Notes under the pieces: model-generated | The model's database searches: none | What the model was told of the DNA's origin: nothing | The model's input: the letters and a program-made list of their open reading frames with translations, nothing else | Part shown: positions 1 to 13,309 of the stretch, piece after piece | Layout of the letters: each line of letters starts with the position of its first letter | Numbering within the stretch: the first letter of the stretch is position 1 | NCBI GenBank assembly: GCA_964016885.1 | Contig: OZ024756.1 | Location: 27,280,001 to 27,344,000 of the forward strand | DNA length: 64,000 nucleotides | DNA from: Eledone cirrhosa | Lineage: Eukaryota | Direction: 5' to 3' | Made by a program: the position numbers and the translations under genes

Positions 1-39
1 TCGTGCATCTTCAATAAGGTTGAAGCAAGTCCCGCAGGT

Positions 40-245
40 AAAAATACACACACACATGTACACCAGGTCCGAACACAGGGGAGCCGGACTCACAATGTCT
101 CTCTCTCCCCTTCTCCATCTCACACTGTTATGAGCAAATGGGGTTCCACGCGCTGGCCGCCCCACGGTCCCTGTGGACAGAATAGAGAAGGCGTTTCCTC
201 GGAGGATGGTAAGGGATATGTGCTGGAAGAGCTATTCCAACTCCG
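40..245 (-). mobile_element. 3' fragment of a CRE-like non-LTR retrotransposon (same family as 60960-62100)
   Basis: Minus strand reads ELE*LFQHISLTILRGNAFSILSTG, matching WLFQRISLAILRGNAFSILSAG at 61927-61990; the downstream DNA (ccccatttgctca...gagatgg) also matches. Confidence 0.65.
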
Positions 246-611
246 CGAGTGTATTGAGTGTCTCTGAACACCCATTTACTCTTTCTAGCCGTTGTAAAAT
301 AAGAATGACGATGATGATAACTAAGTTTAATTAACATTTTTAATTAAACATTTTGATTTAAAACAAAATATATTTTTGGGGGCTCTTTACATGAAGTATG
401 CTAGATAGCACTTAAGTATATGTTTGTAAGTATTAATTAGAAGAAGCGAAGACAACAGGACATTGTTAAGTACAATCTGTCATCACAGCTGTTAACAATC
501 GAAATAAAAATAGCTATCAATATATCTTTTATTGTTGTCAGTTTGTAAAGAAAACATATATTTCAAGACGTTTATCAACAATTTAACACAACTCGTGCGG
601 TTTGCTATGTA

Positions 612-706
<95 letters not shown>

Positions 707-707
707 A

Positions 708-746
<39 letters not shown>

Positions 747-774
747 CTCCGCCCACATATATATATATATATAT

Positions 775-918
775 AGGAAAATGTATGACCCCGACGGCAG
801 AGATCAAGCCGTTTCGACGACTTGAGCTCTGCCGCCGGGGTCATACATTTTCCTATTACCCACTCTACTACCCTAAGTATTGAGTACTCTGGTGCGTTAT
901 GGTCCATCTCTCCTTCGT

Positions 919-919
<1 letters not shown>
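775..919 (+). mobile_element. TA-inserted fold-back element, family A
   Basis: Contains the conserved arm cctattacccactctactaccctaagtattgagtact...ccttcgtt plus an inverted arm; (TA)n on both sides. Confidence 0.8.
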
Positions 920-954
<35 letters not shown>

Positions 955-1321
955 AGAGAGTGTGTGTGTGTACACTCACACACACACACACACTCTCTCT
1001 CGTATATATATATATATTGAGATAGAGAGAGGGGGAGAGAAATTGTTACATCTACATACCTTATTAAATTAAATCTTATATCGTATAACTTGAGATTTTT
1101 TAATATATTGAAATAATTGAATGTCCTTAGAGTAGCTAATTAAACCTACTCAAACATACTAAAATTTTAATCTTCTTCATTTGTAACTAATTAAAACTAT
1201 GTTTTACCTCTTACTGGGGTATAGATAAATTTGATTAATTTTGCATTACAGGAAGATAAAGAATATTTACATCCGGGCTTTTCACCGAAGTGACTGTCCA
1301 GTGAATCAGTAACGATGCAGA

Positions 1322-1363
<42 letters not shown>

Positions 1364-1364
1364 A

Positions 1365-1550
1365 CTGTTTCTACTTTAGGCACAAGGCCAGCAATTATCC
1401 AGTGCATTACTGGTACTTTATTTTATCGACCCCCGTAAGGATGAAAGGCAAAGTCAACCTCGGCGGGATTTGAACTCAGATCGTAAAGGGACGTAACTAT
1501 GCTGGAAAGCATGGCGTCCGACCCTCTACCGATACTGCCAATCCACCGCC
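1365..1550 (-). mobile_element. tRNA-derived SINE, family 1 (Meta-domain-like core)
   Basis: Minus strand has A box tggcagtatcggtag, B box gagttcaaatccc and core gccgaggttgactttgcctttcatccttacggggtcgataaaataaagtaccag; about 20 copies in the window. Confidence 0.85.
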
Positions 1551-1562
1551 CTATATATATAT

Positions 1563-1773
1563 AACGAAGGAAATGTGGTAAGGAACCAGGTGAACCATAA
1601 CGCACCAAAGTACTCAATACTTAGGGTAGTAGAGTTGGTAATAGGAACGAGTAGGACCCCGACGGCTGAGCTCAAGCCGTTTCGACGAGCTAATTCTGGA
1701 CTTAAATCATTTTAGTCCAGAATTAGCCGTCGAAACGGCTTGAGCTCAGCCGTCGGGGGTCCTACTCGTTCCT
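1563..1773 (-). mobile_element. TA-inserted fold-back element, family A
   Basis: aacgaaggaaatgtggtaaggaacc... arm followed by a ~60-bp near-perfect inverted repeat; flanked by (TA)n. Confidence 0.85.
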
Positions 1774-1799
1774 ATATATATATATATATATATATATAA

Positions 1800-1981
1800 T
1801 TGTTTCTACTTTTGGCACAAGGCCAGCAATTACCCAGTACATTACTGGTACTTTATTTTATCGACCCTGTAAGGATGAAAGGCAAAGTTAACCTCAGTGA
1901 AACCAAAGTGAACTCAGGCTGTAAAGGGACATAACTCTATGCTGGAAAGCATGGTGTCTGACGCTCTACCGATACTGCCAA
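1800..1981 (-). mobile_element. SINE family 1
   Basis: Near-copy of 1365-1550. Confidence 0.8.
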
Positions 1982-2063
1982 ATAGACACATATACATATA
2001 TGTATGTGTGTGTGCAATCATACACACACACATACACACACAAATAAACCTACACGCGTATGA

Positions 2064-2107
<44 letters not shown>

Positions 2108-2460
2108 GTCTGTGTGTGCAACCATATACACAGATATACACACAAAAATAAACCTACATGTTAGTGTGTATGTATGTATATATATATATGTGTGTGTGTG
2201 CATGTGTGTGTGTGTGTGTGTGCATTTACAGACATATACGTGTATGTGTGTGTCTTTGTGTATGTGTGCCTGTATGTGCGTGTATGTGTGTATGTGTGTG
2301 TGTGCATGTGTGTGTGTGTGTGTGTGTGTGTGCATTTACATACATATACGTGTGTGTGTGTCTTTGTGTACGTGCGCCTGTATGTGTGTGTATGTGTGTG
2401 TGTTTGTGTGTGTGTGCATTTACATACATATACGTGTGCGTGTGTCTTTGCGTATGCGCG

Positions 2461-2519
<59 letters not shown>

Positions 2520-3040
2520 ATGTATACGCATGCGTGTATGTGAGTCAGTACAAGAGCCTTTCTTAGACCTTACGAGAATGCTTGAGTCGTTAAAGCGGTG
2601 GTTGTTGAGATTCTCTCCAGTCTACGCTGGAATTACACTTTCAATCGAAGTAAACAAATATTTATCTGATCTATTTGACAATATGTCTGTCTGCTTTACA
2701 GTATATGCAACAATATAAAGAGACACATTCCTACCGTCTGTTCAACGTCTTCAAACCTGGGCGTCTTTCGTTATTTTTCTAATGAGAAAGTCAACATAAC
2801 GAATTAGTCTTATTTAGCCAGCTTTCGTACACAAATCTTGACAGGGTTCTTCTTCTAGTAGTTGTTTTAGGTATTTAAAATTATATTTCCTTTATATGAA
2901 ATATTTTAACCTCTCTACAAGAGTCGCTTTTACATTCGTAGCTCTTACATGTAGGTAGCTCTGGTTTGGAAAGTTAATTCACTCCCCTGATGAGGCATCG
3001 AACCCTCTATTTTTTCAGACAAAATTTATGTCATTTATTG

Positions 3041-3230
3041 TGGTGGATTGGCAGTATCGGTAGAGGAGTGGACACACCATGCTTTGACGCATAGAGTTAC
3101 GGCCCTTGCCATTCTGAGTTCAAATCCCGCCGAGGTTAACTTTGCCTTTCATCCTTACGGGGTCGATAAAATAAAGTACCGGTAATGCACTGGGATAATT
3201 GCTGGCCTTGTGCCAAAAGTAGAAACAATT
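3041..3230 (+). mobile_element. SINE family 1
   Basis: A box, B box and core present on the + strand; ends gtagaaacaatt(at)n. Confidence 0.85.
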
Positions 3231-3252
3231 ATATATATATATATATATATAT

Positions 3253-3446
3253 AACGAGGGAATTGTGGGAAGGAACCAGGTGGACCATAACGCACCAGAG
3301 TACTCAATACTTAGGGTAGTAGAGTGGGTGATAGGAAAAGGTATGACCTCGACGGCAGAGCTCAAGCTGTTTCGACGGCTATTTCTGAGTCCAGAAATAG
3401 CCGTCGAAACGGCTTGAGCTCTGCCGTCGGGATCATACCTTTTCCT
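3253..3446 (-). mobile_element. TA-inserted fold-back element, family A
   Basis: Conserved arm plus a ~55-bp hairpin with apex near 3390. Confidence 0.85.
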
Positions 3447-3449
3447 ATA

Positions 3450-3491
<42 letters not shown>

Positions 3492-3619
3492 TATGTGTAC
3501 GTGTTTCTGTGCGTTCATGTTCATATACACTTACTGGATCATCAGAGAAGACTTGTCTCATGATCCCGTGGGTGCGCAGTGAAATATTATAAAAACATGA
3601 AAAAGAAAGTCCAGCATGA

Positions 3620-4400
<781 letters not shown>

Positions 4401-4764
4401 AATTTGTTTTTCCAAATATAAAAACTGGAAAGATGTAAGTGATGCTGTATGCTATGTTGTTAGACGAGATGAATTGATGCAGTTAATATATATACACATA
4501 TACATATAATATATATATATCTCATCTTGTCCTACTTCCCGTTGAAAGGGACTCATTTGTCCCCTGTCTCTATTTTATGTTGCTGTGTTCTTTGATATGC
4601 AACTTTCCAGCGACTTATTCAAGCCGTTGTGCAGCACAGGCTCAATATTATGCAATATCACCCTTATACACAAAATTGAATTGTCCAGTGGCTGGCTGAA
4701 GAGGAAAACAAAGGCTTCTCTTTTTTATTCGTCTCACATTTCATTAGTTTCGTGTTCAACCTTG

Positions 4765-4816
<52 letters not shown>

Positions 4817-5426
4817 TGGTGGCTGCCAACTCGTTTTCGAGTACGGCCACTACTTTATATCCATGTAGGAGAACCCCTACCAATGCGCTGAACGAGAGTG
4901 ACTTTTTAGTCCAGCCAGTGACTTGAAAACTCTGGTACAAACACTACACTTGTGACAATTATTGACACATAGTGCTGGGCCCATGGTACCATGTGACGAC
5001 AAGTGCAGAGAGATCTCCAGATATAAAGCAATGCCTGTGCCGTGAAGCTTTTATAGTGAGCAAAGGCACTGCACAAAGCCAGTCCCACTCTCTTGACCAA
5101 GATGATATTTACCAAAAAGAAGAACAAGTCAACATCATTGGATACCATCAGAGTTGCAGGTGTTATATCAGAGTTTTCCTTCTCCTAGAATTCTGCCTTG
5201 ACAAAGGCTAAGGGGTCATAGCTCCCGGTGATTTTGGATGGCCATTGACTCTTAAGAGCTCCTTTGCACTTTGACAAGTTTTGTTTTTAGTCCTGCAGGA
5301 TGTCCAAAGTCACCCTCCTCACCAAGAAACATTGGTGGGGTTGCCAGTTTAGTCGCCAACGACCATGAGACAGGTTGTACTGTGATATATGTTACCAGTA
5401 GCACCAACTGGTGACCTGACACATAT

Positions 5427-5498
<72 letters not shown>

Positions 5499-5635
5499 TA
5501 TATATATATATATACATATACACATATATATATATACATATATATATATATGTACACACACATATATATATATGTACACACACACACACATATATATATA
5601 TATATGTACACACACACATATATATATATATATGT

Positions 5636-5770
<135 letters not shown>

Positions 5771-5787
5771 AATATATATATATATAC

Positions 5788-5855
<68 letters not shown>

Positions 5856-5909
5856 GGAATAGAATGAAACGAAATTTCATTTCTCACTCTTAGTACGGCA
5901 CTTACTTAG

Positions 5910-6664
5910 ATGTAAGTATGTATGTATACGTACATACATATATGTATACAGACGTACAGTAGCATGTATATATATACATACAGGTACACATATATACATG
6001 CACGTATCAGTTTACCGAACATTTATTATAATGCTCGGTTTGTTCGTTTGTAAACAAACAAACAGCCTGAATTACGCCGTACAGTGTTTAGGCAACCACG
6101 TCACCTTTTTGTTCAACACTGACACAGGAACGATGTACTAGTTTCAAGCTTATTAGCTATCGTCAGCACCGTATACCTTTCTGCCAGATGGTTGAACGTC
6201 CAAAAGTATATACTTTCCTTATGAAAATTAACGGCTGAGCAGCCTAATTTGCATATCGAGTGAGTTCAGTCGGCCAGGCGCACCGAAAACGATAAATGGA
6301 ATACAATGAACTCACTCGATATGCAAATTAGGCTGCTCAGCCGTTAATTTTCATAAAGAAAGTATATACTTTCGGACGTTCAACCATCTGGCAGAAAGGT
6401 ATACGGTGCTGACGATAGCTAATAAGCTTGAAACTAGTACATCGTTCCTGTGTCAGTGTTGAACAAAAAGGTTACATGGTTGCCTAAACACTGTACGGCG
6501 TAATTCAGGCTGTTTGTTTGTTTACAGACAAACAAACCGAGCATTATAATAAATGTTCGGTAAACTGATACGTACATGTATATATGTGTACCTGTATGTA
6601 TATATATATATACATGCTACTGTACGTCTGTATACATATATGTATGTACGTATACATACATACT

Positions 6665-6669
<5 letters not shown>
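5910..6669. mobile_element. ~360-bp-arm palindromic insertion carrying two divergent hammerhead ribozymes
   Basis: 5910-6268 is the reverse complement of 6307-6669 with few mismatches; 38-bp spacer; right end runs into (TA)n. Confidence 0.85.
6403..6445 (+). ncRNA. Minimal type I hammerhead ribozyme (mirror copy on minus strand at 6130-6172)
   Basis: acggtg-CTGACGA-tagct aata agctt-GAAA-ctag-TA-catcgt. Stem I acggtg/catcgt, stem II agct/agct, palindromic stem III ACUAGU, GUA triplet. Confidence 0.8.
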
Positions 6670-6723
<54 letters not shown>

Positions 6724-7019
6724 GTGTGTATTGATTGCTTTGAGATGGAAAGTACCTCTCATTTCCGATACGCTCTAGATATTGTCACAATCAATATTTA
6801 TATATGAAATATAAATAATAACTTTTTTATTATGTTGGCAGGCTTATTCCCAAGCAGGGGTGAATTAATAATACAAAGAGGAAAATACACAGAGGTTACT
6901 ATCAAAATATAGAAGAAGCGAGTGGAAAAGTGATTGGTAAAGTAACAGCAGTGATGTAAATACCGACAACAACACCAACAACAGTAAAGAACATCAACAT
7001 CAACAATAGCAACAACAAA

Positions 7020-8035
7020 TAATGGTTTATGAATGAGGCACAAGGCCAGCAAATATTTTCCAGTGTATTACTGGTAGCTGATTTTATCGACCCTCGTAAG
7101 GATGAAAGCCAAAGTTAACCTCAGCAGGATTTGAACTCACACCGTAAAGGGCCATAACTCCATGCTGCAAAGCATGGTGTCAGACGCTCTACCGCTACTG
7201 CTAATCCACCACCAATAAATAATTGTTTCTACTTTTGGCACAAGGCCAGCAATTACTCCAGTGTATTACTGGTACTTTATTATTTTATCGACCCCGTACG
7301 GATGAAAGGCAAAGGTAACTTCGGCGGGATTTGAACTCAAACCGTAAAGAGCCGTAACTCTATGCTTCAAAGCATGGCGTCGGACCCTCTATCGATACTG
7401 CCAATGGTTTCTGATTTAGGCGCAAGACCAACAATTTTGGGCGAGGGGAAAGTCGATTAAATCCACCCCAGCACGTTACTGGTACTTTATTTTATCGACC
7501 CCGTAAGGATGAAAGGTAAAGCTAACCTCGGCGGGATTTGACCTCAGAACATAAAGGGCCGTAACTCTATGCCTCAAAGCATGGTGTCTGACGCTCTATC
7601 GATTACTGCCAAATAATGATGAAATTTTCTAAACAAGGCACAAGACCTGCAATTGGTGAGGAGAGGGAAGTCGCTTGTAACGACCCCAGTATTTGATATA
7701 GGGTGAAAGACAAAGCTAACCTAGGTGGGATGAGATCTCAGAACGTAAAGGGCCGTAGCTCTATGCCTCAAAGCATGATCTTCGACGCTCTAACGATACT
7801 ACCAATCCACTGCCCTCAACAACGATAATGCTTTTTGATTTTCAGCTCAAGGGCTGCAATTTGTAGGGTGGGGAGCAAGTCGATTACAACGACCCCAAGA
7901 CATGACTGGTACATTGTTTGATCATCCCCTCGGACAATGTGGAAGGGCAAAGTTGAAACTCAGAACTTAAACAGTCGGAACAAATACTGCGAAGATATTG
8001 GTTGGACGCTCTACTGATTCTACCAATCCACTGCC
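7020..8035 (-). mobile_element. Head-to-tail cluster of ~5 SINE family 1 copies of varying divergence
   Basis: Repeated ggcacaaggcc...atcgacccc...gatgaaaggcaaag...gatttgaactc...ccaatccac units. Confidence 0.8.
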
Positions 8036-8057
8036 CCCCCCCCCCCCCCCAAATAGT

Positions 8058-8116
8058 AATGATGACGGTGATGATGGTGATGATGGTGATGATGGTGACG
8101 GCGATGATGATGATGG

Positions 8117-8148
<32 letters not shown>

Positions 8149-8152
8149 GTTG

Positions 8153-8184
<32 letters not shown>

Positions 8185-8693
8185 GTGATGATGATGGTGC
8201 TGATGGTTGTGATGATGATGATGGTGATGATGGTGATGGTGGTGATGATGATGGAGATGATGATGGTGGTGATGATGATGGTGATGGTGGTGGTGATGGT
8301 TGTGATGATGATGATGATGATGGTAGTGATGATGATGATGGTGATGATGGTGATGATGATGGTGATGATGGTGAATGATGATGATGGTGATGATGATAGT
8401 TGTGATGATGATGATGGTGATGATGGTGAATGATGGTGATGGTGATGGTGATGATGGTGATGGTGATGATGATGGTGATGGTGATGATGGTGATGGTGAT
8501 GATGGTGATGATGGTGAATGATGGCGAGGATGGTGATGATGGTTAATGATGGTGATGATGGTGATGATGGTGATGATGATGGTGATGATGGTGATGATGG
8601 TGATGATGATGGTGATGATGGTGATGGTGATGATGGTGATGGTGATGATGATGGTGATGGTGATGGTGATGATGGTGATGGTGATGGTGATGG

Positions 8694-8724
<31 letters not shown>

Positions 8725-8753
8725 GATGGTGATGGTGATGATGATGGTGATGG

Positions 8754-8784
<31 letters not shown>

Positions 8785-8878
8785 GATGGTGATGGTGATG
8801 ATGATGGTGATGGTGATGATGATGGTGATGGTGATGATGATGATGATGGTGATGGTGATGATGGCGAGGATGGTGGTG
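8058..8878. repeat. (GAT)n/(GGT)n compound trinucleotide microsatellite
   Basis: Visible directly. Confidence 0.95.
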
Positions 8879-9416
8879 ACTTTCTATTAAAAATCCCAGG
8901 ATTGCAACAATAAAAGTTATTCTATCAACACAGAAAGGAAACAACTCAATAGAAAGTTCAACAAGTGGTGTGTGTATATGTGTATGTGTGTGTGTGTGTG
9001 TATATATGTGTGTGTGTATGTGTGTGTGTGTATATGTGTGTGTGTATGTGTGTGTGTATATGTGTGTGTGTATGTGTGTGTGTGTATATATGTGTGTGTA
9101 TATATGTGTGTATATGTGTGTATATGTGTGTGTATATGTGAGTGTGTATATGTGTGTGTATATGTGTGTGTATATATGTGTGTGTGTGTCTGTATATGTG
9201 TGTGTGCGAGTGTGTAAATGTCAGTGTGTGTCTTTGTGTATATGTCATTATGTGTGTGTGTGTGAGCGTGTATGTGTCATCGTGTGGAGGAGATGGTGAA
9301 TTAACTAGAAGGAAAGGTCGTCGTATAAGACGACTCTGAGTATTTGTTCCAGCTGTCTGCTCTATAAGTCTATATCCCTAGATAGGTCAACTTAACTTTT
9401 CATTATTTCAGGGTCA

Positions 9417-9825
9417 ATGGATTGGCAATATCGGTAGAGGGTCAGACGCCATGCTCTGCAGCATAGAGTTACGTCCCTTTACGGTCTGAGTTCAAATCCC
9501 ACCGAGGTTAACTTTGCCTTTCATCCTTACGGGGTCGATAAAAATAAAGTACCAGTAATGTACTGGGTATTTACTGGCCTTGTGCCAAAAGTAGAAACAA
9601 TTGTTTCAGGGTCAATGGATTGGCAGTATCGGTGCAGCGTCGGACATGCTTTATGACATAGAGTTGCGGCCCTTTACGTTCTTAGTTCAAATACCACCAA
9701 AGTTATCTTTGGCTTTCATCCTTACGGGGTCGATAAAATCAAGTACCAGTAATACACTGCGGTCGATTTAATCGGCTTTCCCCTCCTCCAAAAGTGTTGG
9801 CCTTGTGTCTAAATCAGAAAACATT
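9417..9825 (+). mobile_element. Two tandem SINE family 1 copies
   Basis: Both start ggattggca(a/g)tatcggt and carry the B box and core. Confidence 0.8.
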
Positions 9826-10060
9826 ATTTCGGGGTCGATAAATGAAGTATCGGAGCAGTACTCTTTAGATTGGTATAATGCCTTCCATTATAACATATGA
9901 CCCCCAGCGACATCACTGATGCCCGATTACATCGGTTCTGGATTTTACTTTAGATTGGAAGCGGGCAAAAATGTGTATGGGCGAGAGCTTGTCTTCTACA
10001 AACTGTTTGCCCTCATGCAGAACAAATTTCCAGAGGTCTCATATCACAAACGAAAACATG

Positions 10061-10103
<43 letters not shown>

Positions 10104-10359
10104 TATATATATATAGATATATACACATATATGTATATATATATAGATAGATATAGATCGCAAGATAGATAGATAAATCTTTATTTATACACCCACGCAC
10201 ACACACCCACGCGCATATATGTATGTATATATATATATATATATCAAAATAAGAGACATATATCATGAGAATATTATGCTTATGTATATATATGTATATG
10301 TGTGTGTATCTCTATCTGTGTAAATATGTGTATATATATATATATATATATAATAATAA

Positions 10360-10540
10360 TTGTTTCTACTTTTGGCACAAGGCCAGCAATTATCCAGTGC
10401 ATTACTGGTACTTTATTTTATCGACCCCGTAAGGATGAAAGGCAAAGTTAACCTCGGCGGGATTTGAACTCAAACCATAAAGGGGCGTAACTCTTTGCTG
10501 CAAAGCATAGCGTCAGACCCTCTACCGATACTGCCAATCA
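10360..10540 (-). mobile_element. SINE family 1
   Basis: Near-copy of 1365-1550. Confidence 0.85.
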
Positions 10541-10544
10541 ATAA

Positions 10545-10885
10545 TAATGAAATTATTGTGTAAAGTGCTCAGGTGCACTACAACTCGTCAAGAAAGTACA
10601 TAGAATAATACACAAATGTCAGGGAAGTACATGTGTGTATGTGTTAGCTGTAGTGTTGGCGGATCTCGGGAAGCATGGAGGCCTTAAAGGATGCAGTGTC
10701 TCGACAGCTAACAACTGACGCAGGGAGTTTGTTCCATGCTTCAGCAACTCTGAGCGTGAAAAAATGTTTCCGAAAGTCATGGGAACTGTGCTGTTTTCTT
10801 ACTTTGTGGGCATGTCCACGTGTGTTAGACACATGGAAATCGAAAAGGCACTCAGGGTTGTTGTTGGCAACATGGTTAACAATTT
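10545..10885 (-). mobile_element. 3' end of a CR1-clade LINE
   Basis: NTRGHAHKVRKQHSSHDFRKHFFTLRVAEAWNKLPASVV matches the CR1 C-terminal TRGH...FF..RV...WN.LP..VV motif; short tandem tail at the left end. Confidence 0.8.
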
Positions 10886-10927
10886 TGTATATATATATAT
10901 AAGAAAATATATATATATATATATAAG

Positions 10928-10988
<61 letters not shown>

Positions 10989-11364
10989 GAGATTTTTTTT
11001 ACAAAATGGAAAAAAAAAAGAGACGTCCTACACGAGTGAAAGTATAAGGAAAAAAGATGAAATCGAAAATGTAACTGGAGTCTTTTTAAGAATATTTATT
11101 TGGTTCCTTTACTGGTTTCGCAGTTCTTGTGCTTTTCAAAGGTAGAATTGAGATGGAAAGTTTGTGGTTTATATTATTAGTACAGATTAAAGTTTAAATA
11201 AAGAATCGCTACTTTCACACCCGATTGCGGGATCTTCTAAAACTGAGAAAAATCAAGAAAAATCAATCACTTTCAGAAGATCCCATAATACGGAGAAAGC
11301 AATATATATATATACAATCCTTGTCGATCCCTCTTCGGATTTTGGTCTCCCCAATTATTATAAC

Positions 11365-11397
<33 letters not shown>

Positions 11398-11729
11398 AAA
11401 CAGATACTTAAGTTTCGTTGGCTTCTGGACACTAACTCATTCAGCCTGTTTATTTTTTTTATTGACCAACGAAACTTAAGTACCTGTATATATATACATA
11501 TATATATATATATACAATGATATTACATAAATGAAAATTATATTTATAAAACCATATTTATTCTATTATATATATTTTAAGGGTACCAAAATTTTGGTAC
11601 GCTATCATCAGATAAAATACAAAATGTTTTATAAATATTTGACATGACCCAAGATGATATATCTTAACGGTTCAAGTTATCACTGGAAAGTGTTTTGAGT
11701 GCTTTGAATCAGTTTTAAATATCTCTTCT

Positions 11730-11806
<77 letters not shown>

Positions 11807-12144
11807 TAGATTGACATATACATATATATATAAAATAAACACATGAAACAATCTCAAGGAATAATTTGTAAAGTGTGTAAGTACACATAGCTAGGTAGGT
11901 AACCAATTAAAGTTTAACTAGAACTTCAAATATAGATACCTTTTAAAATGATTAATCTCCTTTGTATATATTTCTTTAAATAAAAAATATATTTCACCAA
12001 TTAACTACTAGTTGATATAAAATGGTACTAAAATCTACTTCTAGTTGATATAAAATGATCAGATCTATTCATTGGAATCTTTGAGCTTATTCTGCAGTGA
12101 ATATGGCGCATGTCTCTCAGACATGACAACCTTAATTTAATTTT

Positions 12145-12191
<47 letters not shown>

Positions 12192-12227
12192 TGCTTTGGG
12201 AGGGTCATGTTGCCAAATTCAGAAACG

Positions 12228-12270
<43 letters not shown>

Positions 12271-12317
12271 CATGAAAAGAAAGAAGAATACTGCGTGGTT
12301 TGCACATGGGTTACTTA

Positions 12318-12369
<52 letters not shown>

Positions 12370-12420
12370 ATGCTTTGGGAGGGTCATGTTGCCAAATTCA
12401 GAAACGAAATATATATATAC

Positions 12421-12451
<31 letters not shown>

Positions 12452-12454
12452 CAC

Positions 12455-12489
<35 letters not shown>

Positions 12490-12656
12490 TATATATATAT
12501 ATACACACACACATATATATATATATATATACACACACACATATATATATATATACACATATATACATACACATACATATATATATATATACACACACAC
12601 ATATATATATATATATATACACACACACATATATATATATATACACATATATACAT

Positions 12657-12729
<73 letters not shown>

Positions 12730-12821
12730 AAAAGAGAGAGATTGATGAAGTAGTAAGAGACCGGGTGCTTGTAAATATATAAAGAAAGAAATAACGAAAG
12801 AATGGTAACTGCAGTTCTTAC

Positions 12822-12904
12822 CTTGATTGGTAGCTGTAGACATAGCCTTCGGTTTCTTCACAGTAGAGGCAGACATAATCCCCTATACAAAGATATTCTC
12901 CCAT
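12822..12904 (-). CDS. ITPR: First coding exon of an inositol 1,4,5-trisphosphate receptor-like gene (exon 12822-12931, ATG at 12904)
   Basis: Acceptor ctttattttgtgtttacag and donor AAG|gtaaga. Encodes [27 protein letters not shown], resembling the IP3R N-terminus (human ITPR1 [27 protein letters not shown]). This frame is not in the ORF track. Confidence 0.75.
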
Positions 12905-13039
12905 ACCCGGGCTTTTTGTATATCCATTTAGCTGTAAACACAAAATAAAGTTTGATGAGTTTGTTATATTCACTGACTCGTGTTTGCTACATTGCTACAC
13001 ACACATATATATATATATATATGTGTATGTATGTATGTA

Positions 13040-13074
<35 letters not shown>

Positions 13075-13262
13075 ATGTATGTATGTATGTATGTATGTAT
13101 GTGTGTATATTACGTGTTAGAGAAAGGTGGTGGTGGTTGTGGTGGTGATGGTGGCGGTGGCAGTGGTGGTGGTGGGGAAAGAAGGAGGGAAGGGGGAAGG
13201 GGAGGGCCTGTGGAGATAGCGATAGAGATAGAGATAGAAATATTAGAGAGAAAGAGAAGAGT

Positions 13263-13309
<47 letters not shown>

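Noticed and set aside
2735-2778. Possible 44-nt minus-strand exon of the ITPR-like gene
   Set aside because: Splice-like signals are present but the translation shows no IP3R similarity in the required phase.
2985-3010. CTGATGAG...GAAC hammerhead-like motif
   Set aside because: No GAAA and no supporting stems.
4550-5420. Unique-looking segments with short ORFs
   Set aside because: No recognisable domain or splice pattern; probably LINE UTR remnants but could not be assigned.
7998-8944. Poly-Asp/Gly, poly-Met/Val and poly-His ORFs
   Set aside because: They arise from a (GAT)/(GGT) microsatellite; no splice or domain context.
11105-11145. Degenerate hammerhead on the minus strand (TTGAAAA...gca/tgc-GAAA-ccag-TA)
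   Set aside because: Two core mismatches; at best a decayed relic.
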